A DNA stretch of 64,000 nucleotides from Eledone cirrhosa (GCA_964016885.1 OZ024741.1:294190001-294254000); one strand, 5' to 3'; shown: positions 1-14,196, counted from the stretch's first letter. Notes: a model not told the origin generated them from the sequence alone. Program-made: numbers and translations.

Positions 1-217
1 ATTATTGACACATAGTGCTGGGCCCATGGTACCATGTGACGACAAGTGCAGAGAGATCTCCAGATATAAAGCAATGCCTGTGCCGTGAAGCTTTTATAGT
101 GAGCAAAGGCACTGCACAAAGCCAGTCCCACTCTCTTAACCAAGATGATATTTACCAAAAACAAGAACAAGTCAACATCATTAGATACCATCAGGGTTGC
201 AGGTGTTATATCAGAGT
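1..217 (-). mobile_element. Fragment of the same repeat as 40966-41435 (putative RTE-clade 5' UTR), cut by the window edge
   Basis: Near-identical reverse complement of 41218-41435. Confidence 0.7.
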
Positions 218-520
218 ATATCAAGTATATAACCAAGTCTTTGTATGTGTGTGTCCGTCTGTGTATCTATGTGTGTGTCTGTAACTCTGTCCATGTCTAT
301 GTATGTATCTATGTGTGTGTCAGTGTGTGTGAATGTCTGTGTGTGTATCTAATTGTGTGCCCGTGCCTGTCTGTCTGTCTGTGTCCGTGTCTATGTGTTT
401 GTCTGTCTATTTATCTGTTCTTTCATAGCAATATAATGAGGTCTAATATAAATTTCTCTATCAATAGACTATCCAGTTAATTAACCCCATGATAATATAA
501 ACTCATTTATTCTAATTAAC

Positions 521-2540
521 ATCTCCTCCTCACCACCACCAAGACCACCTCACCACCAACACCTAACCATCACCACCAACACCTCCTCACCACCACCAAC
601 ACCTCCTCACCACCAACACCACCTCACCACCACCACCTCATCACCACCAACAATAACACCACCACCAACAGCAACAACAACAACACCACCACCAACACCA
701 CCACCAACAACAACAAAACCACCGACACCTCCACCATCAATACCACCAACAATACTACTTAACACTTCCTCACCACCAGCACCAATACCATCACTTACAA
801 CACCAACACCCTCACAACTACCACCACACCACCACCAACACCATGACAACTACCACCAGCACCACCACCAACACCACCACCCTCACCACCAATAATAACA
901 ACAGCACCAACACCCTCACAACTACCACCACACCACCACCAACACCATGACAACTACCACCATCACCACCACCAACACCACCACCAACACCACCACCCTC
1001 ACCACCAATAATAACAACAACACCAACACCCTCACAACTACCACCACACCACCACCAACACCACAACAACTACCACCAGCACCACCACCACCAACACCCC
1101 CCTCACCACCAATAATAACAACAACACCAACAACGTCACAACTACCACCACACCACCACCAACACCATGACAACTACCACCAGCACCACCACCACCAACA
1201 CCCCCCCTCACCACCAATAATAACAACACCACCAACAACCTCACAACTACCACAACACCACCACCAACACCATGACAACTACCACCAGCACCACCACCAC
1301 CAACACCCCCCTCACCACCAATAATAACAACAACACCAACAACCTCACAACTACCACCACACCACTACCAACACCACAACAACTACCACCAGCACCCCCC
1401 CCCCTCACCACCAATAATAACAACAACACCAACACCCTCACAACTACCACCACACCACCACCAACACCACAACAACTACCACCACACGCCCCCCCCCCCT
1501 CACCACCAATAATAACAACAACACCAACACCCTCACAACTACCACCACAGCACCACCAACACCACAACAACTACCACCACACCCCACCACCAACACCCTC
1601 CTCACCACCAATAATAACAACAACACCAACACCCTCACAACTACCACCACACCACCACCAACACCACAACAACTACCACCAGCACCACCACCAACACCCC
1701 CCTCACCACCAATAATAACAACAACACCAACACCCTCACAACTACCACCACACCACCACCAACACCACAACAACTACCACCACACCCCACCACCAACACC
1801 CCCCTCACCACCAATAATAACAACAACACCAACACCCTCACAACTACCACCACACCACCACCAACACCACAACAACTACCACCAGCACCACCACCAACAC
1901 CCCCCTCACCACCAATAATAACAACAACATCAACACCCTCACAACTACCACCACACCACCACCAACACCACAACAACTACCACCAGCACCACCACCAACA
2001 CCCCCCTCACCACCAATAATAACAACAACACCAACACCCTCACAACTACCACCACACCACCACCAACACCACAACAACTACCACCACACCCCACCACAAA
2101 CACCCCCCTCACCACCAATAATAACAACAACACCAACACCCTCACAACTACCACCACACCACCACCAACACCACAACAACTACCACCAGCACCACCACCA
2201 ACACCCCCCTCACCACCAATAATAACAACAACACCAACACCCTCACAACTACCACCACACCACCACCAACACCACAACAACTACCACCAGCACCACCACC
2301 AACACCCCCCTCACCACCAATAATAACAACAACACCAACACCCTCACAACTACCACCACACCACCACCAACACCACAACAACTACCACCAGCACCACCAC
2401 CAACACCCCCCTCACCACCAATAATAACAACAACACCAACACCCTCACAACTACCACCACACCACCACCAACACCACAACAACTACCACCACACCACCAC
2501 CAACACCACAACAACTACCACCACACCCCACCACCAACAC
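521..2540. repeat. CAC/CAA-rich minisatellite, about 101 bp unit
   Basis: Recurring CCCCCTCACCACCAATAATAACAACAACACCAACACCCTCACAACTACCACC; repeated ORF ends are spaced 101 bp apart. Confidence 0.9.
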
Positions 2541-2631
2541 AATCAACTTTAAGATTACCACACAAATATATTTTATAACCATTACTGTCACCATGATGAA
2601 GATTGTCATCATTCAGATCATCACTATCAGC

Positions 2632-4700
2632 ATTGCCATCATCATCATCACCCTCATCATTGCCATCATCACCCTCATCATAACCATCATCACCCTCATC
2701 ATTGCCATCATCACCCTCATCATAACCATCATCACCCTCATCATAACCAACATCACCCTCATCATAACCATCATCACCCTCATCATAACCATCATCACCC
2801 TCATCATAACCATCATCACCCTCATCATTGCCATCATCACCCTCATCATAACCATCATCACCCTCATCATTGCCATCATCACCCTCATCATAACCATCAT
2901 CACCCTCATCATAACCATCATCACCCTCATCATTGCCATCATCACCCTCATCATAACCATCATCACCCTCATCATAACCATCATCACCCTCATCATTGCC
3001 AACATCACCCTCATCATAACCATCATCACCCTCATCATAACCATCATCACCCTCATCATTGCCATCATCACCCTCATCATAACCATCATCACCCTCATCA
3101 TAACCATCATCACCCTCATCATTGCCATCATCACCCTCATCATAACCATCATCACCCTCATCATAACCATCATCACCCTCATCATTGCCATCATCACCCT
3201 CATCATAACCATCATCACCCTCATCATAACCATCATCACCCTCATCATTGCCAACATCACCCTCATCATAACCATCATCACCCTCATCATTGCCATCATC
3301 ACCCTCATCATAACCATCATCACCCTCATCATTGCCATCATCACCCTCATCATAACCATCATCACCCTCATCATAACCATCATCACCCTCATCATTGCCA
3401 ACATCACCCTCATCATAACCAACATCACCCTCATCATAACCATCATCACCCTCATCATTGCCATCATCACCCTCATCATAACCATCATCACCCTCATCAT
3501 TGCCAACATCACCCTCATCATAACCATCATCACCCTCATCATTGCCAACATCACCCTCATCATAACCATCATCACCCTCATCATAACCATCATCACCCTC
3601 ATCATAACCATCATCACCCTCATCATTGCCATCATCACCCTCATCATAACCATCATCACCCTCATCATAACCATCATCACCCTCATCATAACCATCATCA
3701 CCCTCATCATAACCATCATCACCCTCATCATAACCAACATCACCCTCATCATAACCATCATCACCCTCATCATAACCATCATCACCCTCATCATAACCAT
3801 CATCACCCTCATCATAACCATCATCACCCTCATCATTGCCATCATCACCCTCATCATAACCATCATCACCCTCATCATAACCATCATCACCCTCATCATA
3901 ACCATCATCACCCTCATCATTGCCATCATCACCCTCATCATAACCATCATCACCCTCATCATAACCATCATCACCCTCATCATTGCCAACATCACCCTCA
4001 TCATAACCATCATCACCCTCATCATTGCCATCATCACCCTCATCATAACCATCATCACCCTCATCATTGCCATCATCACCCTCATCATAACCATCATCAC
4101 CCTCATCATAACCATCATCACCCTCATCATTGCCAACATCACCCTCATCATAGCCAACATCACCCTCATCATAACCATCATCACCCTCATCATTGCCATC
4201 ATCACCCTCATCATAACCATCATCACCCTCATCATTGCCAACATCACCCTCATCATAACCATCATCACCCTCATCATTGCCAACATCACCCTCATCATAA
4301 CCATCATCACCCTCATCATAACCATCATCACCCTCATCATAACCATCATCACCCTCATCATTGCCATCATCACCCTCATCATAACCATCATCACCCTCAT
4401 CATAACCATCATCACCCTCATCATAACCATCATCACCCTCATCATAACCATCATCACCCTCATCATAACCAACATCACCCTCATCATAACCATCATCACC
4501 CTCATCATAACCATCATCACCCTCATCATAACCATCATCACCCTCATCATAACCATCATCACCCTCATCATTGCCATCATCACCCTCATCATAACCATCA
4601 TCACCCTCATCATAACCATCATCACCCTCATCATAACCATCATCACCCTCATCATAACCATCATCACCCTCATCATAACCATCATCACCCTCAGCATTGC
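2632..4700. repeat. 21-bp minisatellite (ATCACCCTCATCATAACCATC), about 98 units
   Basis: Direct reading; variant units carry ATTGCC or CCAAC; flanks are degenerate (CAT)n. Confidence 0.97.
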
Positions 4701-4801
4701 CATCATCAACATCACCACAATTACCATCATCATCACCACCATCGTCATCATCTACTTCATTGATAAATTTTGTCTGAATGCAACCATTGAATGTTGCAAC
4801 C

Positions 4802-5108
<307 letters not shown>

Positions 5109-5127
5109 TATATATATATATATATAA

Positions 5128-5190
<63 letters not shown>

Positions 5191-5621
5191 ATACAATAAT
5201 AGAGAAAGCTTTAAGCAATACTCCGACCGACTCCCAACTAACTCAACAAACATTAGGATACACCTGAGTATAAACCCAATTATAAGTTTGGGGTTCTAAC
5301 TATATTGTATTCCGTGGATAGTCAGCTGTATTATTTTATGAGACATAATTAACTAAATTTCTTTTTCCATCGTTTCGTTATAAGATTTCTACAAGGTGGG
5401 AAAATAATGTCCAAGTTATTTATAATGAATAAGAGAGACGGTTCTATTCGTACATCTTCATTTTATGACATAATTACATTATACATATTTCAAAGATACC
5501 TCAGTAGTTATATGATAACCCCCTAGCATGTTTTCCTCAAATACTGTAAGATGTATTTTCCTATCTATTATTGATATATTCCTGGTTTCTCATAACCAAC
5601 TTTCATAAACTGAATAATATA

Positions 5622-7530
5622 TCCATCGAGTATAGCTGCCGAGATGCTGAGGGCATCTGGGTCTGTAGGTCACACTATAACCACACGTATCATTAACCAG
5701 GTAATACTAGAAGGGGCCATACCAAAAGATTGGTGCAGTAGCATCATTGTCAACTGCTACAAAGGTAAAGGCGATGCACTAGATAGAGGAAACTATAGAG
5801 GTATAAAGTTGATGGACCAGGTCATGAAAGTAACAGAAAGAGTTATAGCACAGCTGATTAGGGACCGGGTGAAAATAGACGAGATGCAATTTGGGTTTGT
5901 ACCAGGAAGAGGCACCACTGATGCCCTCTTCCTTGTGAGGCAATTACAGGAAAAGTACCTAGCTAAAAGTAAGCCACTCTACTTGGCATTTGTCGACCTT
6001 GAGAAAGCCTTTGACAGAGTTCCACGTGTTGTAATCTGGTGGGCTCTTAGAAAACTAGGAGTAGATGAATGGCTTGTGAAAGCGATACAAGCCATGTATA
6101 GGGGAGCAGTCAGCAAAGTTAGGATTAGCAATGAGTATAGCGAGGAATTTAGCGTACAGGTTGGGGTCCACCAGGGCTCTGTTCTTAGCCCTCTCCTGTT
6201 CATCATAGTCCTGCAGGCAATAACGGAGGAGTTTAAGACCGGATGCCCATGGGAACTCCTGTATGCTGATGACCTCGCACTCATAGCTGAATCTATGGTA
6301 GAACTAGAGAATAAATTCCAAACCTGGAAGCAGGGACTAGAAATAAAGGGTCTCAAAGTCAACATGACAAAGACTAAGGTCCTTGTAAGTAGACGAGAAA
6401 ACAGAACCCAGATCCCCTCAGGGAAATGGCCTTGCTCAGTATATAGGAAAGGTGTAGGTAGGAACTCCATTCTCTGACCCAAATGCAAACAATGGGTACA
6501 CAAGAGATGTAACGGGATCTCAGGAAGCTTAATTAAGAATGTAGGATTCACATGCAGCAGCTGTGCTGAAACAGCAAGCAGCAAACAGCCACAGGAAACA
6601 AGTACCACCAATCTCTGGGAGAGCCCTGTAGAAACAGTAGACAGCTTCTGCTACCTAGGTGACCGAATTAGCAACAGAGGTGGGTGTTCAGAATGTACAA
6701 TAACTAGGGTAAGAACGGGATGGAAGAAGTTTAGGGAAGTACTACCACTGCTAGCTGCAAAAGGCTTCTCCCTCAGAATGAAAGGCAGACTGTATGATGC
6801 GTGTATCCGAACAGCGATATTGCATGGTAGTGAGACCTGGGCGCTGAAGGTGGAAGACTTACGTAGATTAGAGAGAAACGAAGCCTGCATGCTCCGATGG
6901 ATGTGTAACAGTAATATACGTGAACGACAAAGCATAAATGAATTGAGAGAGAGACTAAGCATAAGAGGAATCAAATGCTGTGTGCAGGAGAGGCAGTTGC
7001 GCTGGTATGGACATGTGATGCGTATGAAGGATGACAGCTGCATAAAAAGGTGCAGAGCACTAGAAGTTGATGGAAACCGCGGAGTGGGGAGACCCAAGAT
7101 GACCTGGGATGAGGTGATAAAAGCCGACTTACCCAATTACACCTCTCAAAGACAATGACACACGACCATGACTTCTGGCGTCACGCAGTAATACAGAGTA
7201 CCCGACCTCCCATGGGTACAAGCTGAAGCATATAAACAATATGTCCCCACACCCCCCACCGCAAGGTGGTCGTGGAGGTGCCACGGCAAAAAAGCACCCA
7301 GCCCACACTGTAAAGTGGACGTGTAGGCGCCACGAAAAAGCACCCAGCACTCACTGTAAATGAGGTTAGTGTTAGGAAGGGCATCCAGCTGTAGAAATCA
7401 AGCCAGATCAGTTCCTGTATGAGCAAGGCATGGTCAGCAACCAGGCACTGCCCACAACAGGACAACCCGTCTAACCCATGCTAGCGTGGAAGAACGGATG
7501 TAAAACGGTGATGATGATGATGATGATGAT
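5622..7530 (+). mobile_element. RTE-clade LINE, 5'-truncated (RT, Cys-rich region, 3' UTR, (GAT)n tail)
   Basis: Motifs YRGIKLMD, QFGFVPGRGTTD, FVDLEKAFDRV, GVHQGSVLSP, LYADD, LHGSETW, RWYGHV; tail GATGATGAT. Confidence 0.93.
5644..7158 (+). pseudogene. RTE reverse transcriptase ORF with premature stop at 6475-6477
   Basis: ORF 5644-6477 continues in frame to 6778-7158; the TGA corresponds to a Cys codon in the copy at 63440-63895. Confidence 0.88.
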
Positions 7531-7550
7531 ATATATATATATATATATAT

Positions 7551-7943
7551 AAATACATAGTAAAACCTACTACAGTCAGTAGGCATCTCTAACAAAATAC
7601 ACCCCGTCCCACCACCCCCACCCCATCCACACCGCCCCCTTCTATGTAAAGTTATGTTGGTGCCACACCATCCAGGCCGAAACAAATGACATCGTGTAGG
7701 TGTCACGACAAAAAAACACACAGTCCACGCTGTAATGTGGCCGTGTAGGCAACACGGTAAAAACCTCCCAGACCCACACTGTAAATGTGGTTGGTGTTAG
7801 GAAGGGCATCCAACTGTAGAAAACCTGCCAGACAGTCCTATGCGAGCAAGACAATCACTCTTGCCTCAAGTGGGAAAACCCTGTCCAAACCCATGCAAGC
7901 GTGGAACACGGACGTTAAACGTTGATGATGATGATGATGATGA
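7551..7943 (+). mobile_element. 3' UTR-only copy of a second RTE family
   Basis: Matches the reverse complement of 32788-33320; ends CCATGCAAGCGTGG...(GAT)n. Confidence 0.8.
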
Positions 7944-10175
7944 TATATATATATATATGTATATAGAGAGAGAGAGAGAGAGAGATAGTTATATAGATAT
8001 ATTGATGATAGAAAACAGAAATATTGGTAAATGTCTTTGTGTATATGTGTGTGTAATGTATTAATACTTGATAACTATATATTTTATTTACTATCAGGTA
8101 GCTGTAATATGTACTTAATAACTTTTGTCTGTCTATACAGCTTAAGTCATTGGGGAAAATGTTTTTGTTGTTTAGTCTCTTCCAATTCACTATAACCAAA
8201 CATATTTTTGTTAGTTCTCGATATTGTCCAAGTCCCACAGTGGTGCCTACTTAAATTATACAAGTGTTTTATAATTTGAGAAACAGGCAATGACTTTGTT
8301 TAATTGTATATATATATAGTCTAGTCTTTATCTTACTCTTTCTTATAATGTTATAGTTTTTCATAATACTGTTGGCACCATTATAATATATTAAAGAAAA
8401 TAACTTTATAGTAATTCTTCTGAGAGACAACTAATACAAGAGATGTTCCATCTGTTTATAATGTGATATTTGTGATAGCGTGATCTGAGCTATTATTTGA
8501 GAAATGTTTAATCTCAACCTCCCACCAGCCCACAACAACACCACTACACCATCTTAGATCAACACACACGGTCTCTTACATTGTGTGTGTAAGGTGGGTA
8601 ATTTGTTATGATATCAATAAATAATTTTGAATGTGTGTTTGTGTGTGTGTATATATGTCTATATGTATGTGAAGGCACATGTCTTAGAGGTTAGGTGTCT
8701 CATTGTGTCTTTGAGCAAGACATGTTATTTCGTGTAACTCCACTTCACCCAGATCGAAAAAATTAGTTGCAACAATATTGATGCTAAGCTGTATTGGCCT
8801 TTGCCATTACCTTAGACAAGATTAGTGTCATAACGAGGGCAGATTTGAAGTGAAGATTTAATGGTGTTATGAAAGAGGATGATAAACACGACAAAAACAA
8901 TAATTTGGTTAGAGATATCTTTACTTCACTTCTTTATAAAGGAAAAAGATTATGTATTTATTATGCTACATTCAATTACACACTGACAAGTTGTTTCAGG
9001 ATGTACATACCAGCATAGGTAGCAGTAAGCTCACAGTGCAAAGGAGCTGTGTGATTCTCTGTTTGTAGTTGAAATGCTGATGGAAGAATTGCTGTTGGGC
9101 CCTTGTTGACAGAGCCAAAGTTATTTTGCCAAGTGCTATATCAAGCTAGTGATGCTTCTCTTCCAAGTTACCAGAGTCAACTGTGACAAAAGAAGAACCT
9201 ATCTCGCTTTCACCTTGAGTTGACCAGCAGCTCAAGACAAACTGAGGCCAAGTCAGATAAAAAAGAAATGGCAACTAGATGTCATTCAGGGTTCAGTGTG
9301 TGAAGACATTTTGCTACAGATTTGCTGCTTGATTTCCACAAAACACTTTGCCCAGGTTTCTGCCACAGAGTGGTAAACACATGGTCAATAAATCATGGGT
9401 GAATAACCCATGAGTAGATGAAAGGGGCCCTTTACTTTGTCCTATATGTGTGTGTGTGGGAGGGGTATTTTTGAGACGGAACTTTTATGGGAATAGCTGT
9501 TTTATTACAGATTGATATGAAGTGATTCCTGTAAAAGACACCTACCAATAAAATCAAGTAATATTTCTCCCTGATGTATTGAATACCTTAATTTAATTGT
9601 TTACCTTCTCTTCTTCAATGTAACACCACTCAACTATATATAAGATTAATTAATTATAGTGGCCAAAACACCACACCTAATTATTCAATCATTTAAATGA
9701 AAAGAATATATTGTTTTTGTTGAAACTAAGGATGTGTGACACAGGTCACAGCCGTAAAAATATTTTTCACAAACATCTTGTAAACAACACCTATATATAA
9801 TGCTATGTTGGAGCACCTATACTAAATTTATATATATATATATATTTATAAACACACACACATCATCATCATTTAATGTCTATCTTCCACACTAGCTTGA
9901 TGATATATAAATAAATATATATATATATATGTCATCATCATCATCAACATCGTTTAATGCCTCGGTTATATGGGTCTTCACAAGATAGGGCCGGGTGCTT
10001 GTGTCTCACTTAATTACATTCCCACAACTTGCAGAGTGTACATAGTGCATTTAATTCTGGCACCATCACTCAGGAGGTTATCATGTCTTTGACACAAATG
10101 AAGAGACCTCCTAACCCTTTCTTTTGCATGGTTTATATGGCTGGATTGTCTTGCTAACACCAATTACATTATGTA

Positions 10176-10212
<37 letters not shown>

Positions 10213-10421
10213 TTTCTGAATTTGTTTAGCAAGATTCTCTATCTGAAATCGTGTGTTGAAACCGATATTGTTATACTTAGGGAGGGTCATGTTGCCAATA
10301 AGAAACACACGCACCAGTTGCTTTCACTTCAATTTATTATAATAAATTTATAATAAATTTATAAATTTATAAATTTCTGGTTGGTTGGTTGGTTCCACAA
10401 CCAGATAGTTGTTTATATATT

Positions 10422-10464
10422 GTCATAGTTCTTTCGTCACACACTCTGTGACCTCTTCAGTGAC
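10422..10464 (-). ncRNA. Minimal type I hammerhead ribozyme in the PLE pLTR
   Basis: Minus strand GUCA CUGAAGA G GUCACA gagug UGUGAC GAAA G aa C UA UGAC. Confidence 0.8.
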
Positions 10465-10665
10465 TGGGGATTCCTTTCTTTGTTTCTGTGCCTCTCCTTT
10501 GTTCTGTCCTACGCCATTTTGTTTCTGTGTGTGTGTTGTGTGCTCAGTCTGCGCATGCGCCACATCCGGGTGTCTGTGTGTGTTTATGTTCATTTATTTA
10601 TTTGTTTATTTACATGTTACTGGTTGGTTGTTTGTTCTATGTGTGTGTGTGTTTTCATTTTGTCC

Positions 10666-11010
10666 TTAATTGTAAGTTGTGATGTTGCTGTTCCATTCAT
10701 GTTTTCTATTTAATTTTGGTTGTAATTCTTTTATGTTTATTGCCTCTGTAATTTGTCTAAACATTGCGTCTTTTCTGTGTGTAGATTCTATTTTTATTTC
10801 TATCTTCTCTAATTTACCCTTGTGTTCTATTTTAGCATGTTGGTAGAGTACAGATGATTCTTTACTATCTTGAAGGTCTCGCCAGTGTTCATTTATCCGT
10901 TCTCCTACACTACGAGCTGTCTCACCTATGTACACTATATTTTTGTCTCTACATTGTCCTTCAGTACATCTTATGCTATACACTACATTTCTAGTTTTGC
11001 AGTTAATATG
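10666..11010 (-). pseudogene. GIY-YIG endonuclease domain of the PLE
   Basis: NVVYSIRC...YIGETARS...ER..EH...R...EA..I...LN. Confidence 0.85.
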
Positions 11011-11766
11011 GGGGCTTATTTTACAGGTTATACATTTCTTATGAGGGTCTTTGAAAAGGGTATGTCTTGCTAATAAGTGTTTTTATGGAGGTTCCTGGTC
11101 TTTGGTCTTTCTACTATCTTAAGATAGTAGAAAGATTGATTGCTCTTTCTCAATTCACTGAGTGGTGGTGCATGATAGTACTTAGTTGGTGGAGCAAGCT
11201 GTTTGGTTAATTACGATAACAAAGAAGATAACGGCTTGGTAACTAGCACATTGATTAGTGCTTTTCCAGTAGCATGGTGGTGCCAAAGCCATCATTGGTA
11301 AACTGTTCTATCACAGTTTTTTTGTCCCTATATATTTAAGCTCAGAGTTGTGTTGACATTACTGTCACTGCTGTTTGCTTGCTGCCACTACCACTGTTTG
11401 GTTTTTGTCACTGCTTATCAACACTTCCACTGCTCTTGTGCAATGAGCGGTGGAAATGCCATGCTGATGGTTGGACATGGTTCATGGTCGTGGTCAGTTT
11501 TGGGGGCTCAGGAGGAACAACTGGCACAAAGAGCCCGGCATTTGCATATCATCATATTCAGGCCATTCAGTTGGTGAATGCAGCGCTTCTTAATATAATC
11601 GTCATCGTCATTGTCAGTTGAATAATTTCTTTTCCTACCATTCTTTCCTTAAGTTCCTGTGATTTTTCTGATCCAATTGACTGAGTAATAATCTATAGAG
11701 AAGTGAAATGTTGAGATGCTGAAAATGTCAACAATGAGAGTTATTATAGAAGTTGGTATTTACAAT

Positions 11767-11871
<105 letters not shown>

Positions 11872-11886
11872 TTATATATATATATA

Positions 11887-12045
11887 TAGATGAGATTCTA
11901 CAGGACTAGAACTGTTTCATGATTTCTAAAGAATGAAACAGTTCTAGTCCTGTAGAATCTTATCTATATTAAAACTTTTATACTCTGCAATGTATTGAGT
12001 ACCTTACTTACTGTGGTTACCTCCGATTCAACCCGGAATAACGTA
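11887..12045 (+). mobile_element. Fold-back mini-element with truncated HHR (family B) in (TA)n
   Basis: 34-bp inverted arms 11887-11966; sense arm plus tail matches the reverse complement of 39683-39800. Confidence 0.78.
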
Positions 12046-12098
<53 letters not shown>

Positions 12099-12102
<4 letters not shown>

Positions 12103-13099
12103 ATAATAATAAATTTGAAGACTAAAATCCAAAGAGGGCTCGATAAGGATAAATACAAACCGTAGACCAAATATTTATTAAAATAACAGATTAAAGTTTA
12201 AGCAAAGAATCGCTGCTTTCACCCTTAACGGGATCTTCTGAAATTAACAAAGTCAATCTGTAAACGCAGAACTGGATATTTCAAAAAACGTTGCAACCGG
12301 AGGAAGACAGGGAGACGATACTTTGGTTCGTGGTAACGTTCCCTGGCAAGGAACGGGAAAAAACGAATATAATACGTCATTAATAGGAGCGGTGAAAAAC
12401 AATTACGCGCAAAGACAGAACCATGTTTATGGTATAAAAGAGGTCGTAGACTAATGTTCTCTTAGGTGGTGCATAGAGACGTTCTCTGGCAATGAACGAG
12501 AAAAACGAAAATAATACGTCATATATGGAGCGTGGAGAACAATAGCACGCAAAGACAAAACCACGTAAATGGTATAGCAGAAGTCGTAGACTAAAATTCT
12601 AACAAGGAGACCGAATGAATCTCCGCTACAGAATTAAGAACAAAGTAAATAAATACAATACAGAAGTAATAGAAATAAATAAATACATACACGCAAACAA
12701 AAACGTACATACACAAGCATACGCAAAAACTTACCATAGGTATACAAAACCATACCTATGGTAAGTTTTTGCGTATGCTTGTGTATGTACGTTTTTGTAG
12801 CGGAGATTCATTCGGTCTCCTTGTTAGAATTTTAGTCTACGACTTCTGCTATACCATTTACGTGGTTTTGTCTTTGCGCATAATTGTTTTTCACCGCTCC
12901 TATTAATGACGTATTATATTCGTTTTTTCCTGTTCTTTGCCAGCGAACGTTTCCATGAACCAAGGTATCGTCTTCCTCCGGTTGCAACGTTTTTTGAAAT
13001 ATCCAGTTCTGCGTTTACAGATTGACTTTGTTAGTTTCAGAAGATTCCATTAAGGGTGAAAGCAGCGATTCTTTGCTTAAACTTTAATCTGTTATTTTA

Positions 13100-13105
<6 letters not shown>
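12099..13105. mobile_element. About 1-kb fold-back (inverted) insertion of family C
   Basis: Symmetry centre near 12748; arms match 38570-39110; only the left arm carries the tail (12099-12170). Confidence 0.8.
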
Positions 13106-13145
<40 letters not shown>

Positions 13146-13167
13146 TTATATATATATATATTAATAT

Positions 13168-13484
<317 letters not shown>

Positions 13485-13515
13485 TTATATATATATATAT
13501 ATAGTTATATATATT

Positions 13516-13548
<33 letters not shown>

Positions 13549-14136
13549 ATATTTATATATATTTATATATATATATATATAAAATATTAAAAAAATAATG
13601 AATAAAACAATGAAACAGTTCCTTATATTAAACAAAAAAAGTTCATTATTTAACGATCGTTTCTAGGATATATATGTGTTAGAATTGGCATGCATATTCA
13701 ACAGATCTATGTACAAAATTATACAAAAATATAATTTTGTTTCATTGTTTTATTCATTATTTTTTTAATATTTTATCTTGACTCTGTATTCCGTTTATCT
13801 TTCACCGAAAGTGATTTTTCATTGCATCTCTTCTTTCCATGATATCCGGATTACATTGAGTTCTTCATACGGATTGGACACTACCGTAAACTCTTGGTAG
13901 ATTTATCTACATATATATATATATATATTTATATGCAAAAGTTCTATTTAAAATTGTTGGGATACAACAAGTAAATATTTTTATAACTGATATTTTATAA
14001 CTGTATTTTGTCTGATGAAGGCATACCATAATTTAATTTGGTATCCCTGAAATATGTATAATGAAATAAATATGGTTTTATAAATATAGTTTCCATTTAT
14101 TAATATCGTATATATATTTATATATATATATATATA

Positions 14137-14196
<60 letters not shown>

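Larger units (their letters stand above)
10263..11122 (-). mobile_element. Penelope-like element, 5'-truncated (GIY-YIG plus 3' pLTR)
   Basis: VYIGETARSVGERINEH...RQITEAINIKELQPKLNRK; colinear with 42343-43190. Confidence 0.9.

Noticed and set aside
607-2482. Mucin-like and Gly/Val-rich ORFs
   Set aside because: The 101-bp unit shifts frame every copy; satellite artefact
8990-9430. Possible exon
   Set aside because: No long open frame or recognisable protein
11140-11750. Possible coding region
   Set aside because: Short frames with stops and no recognisable motif
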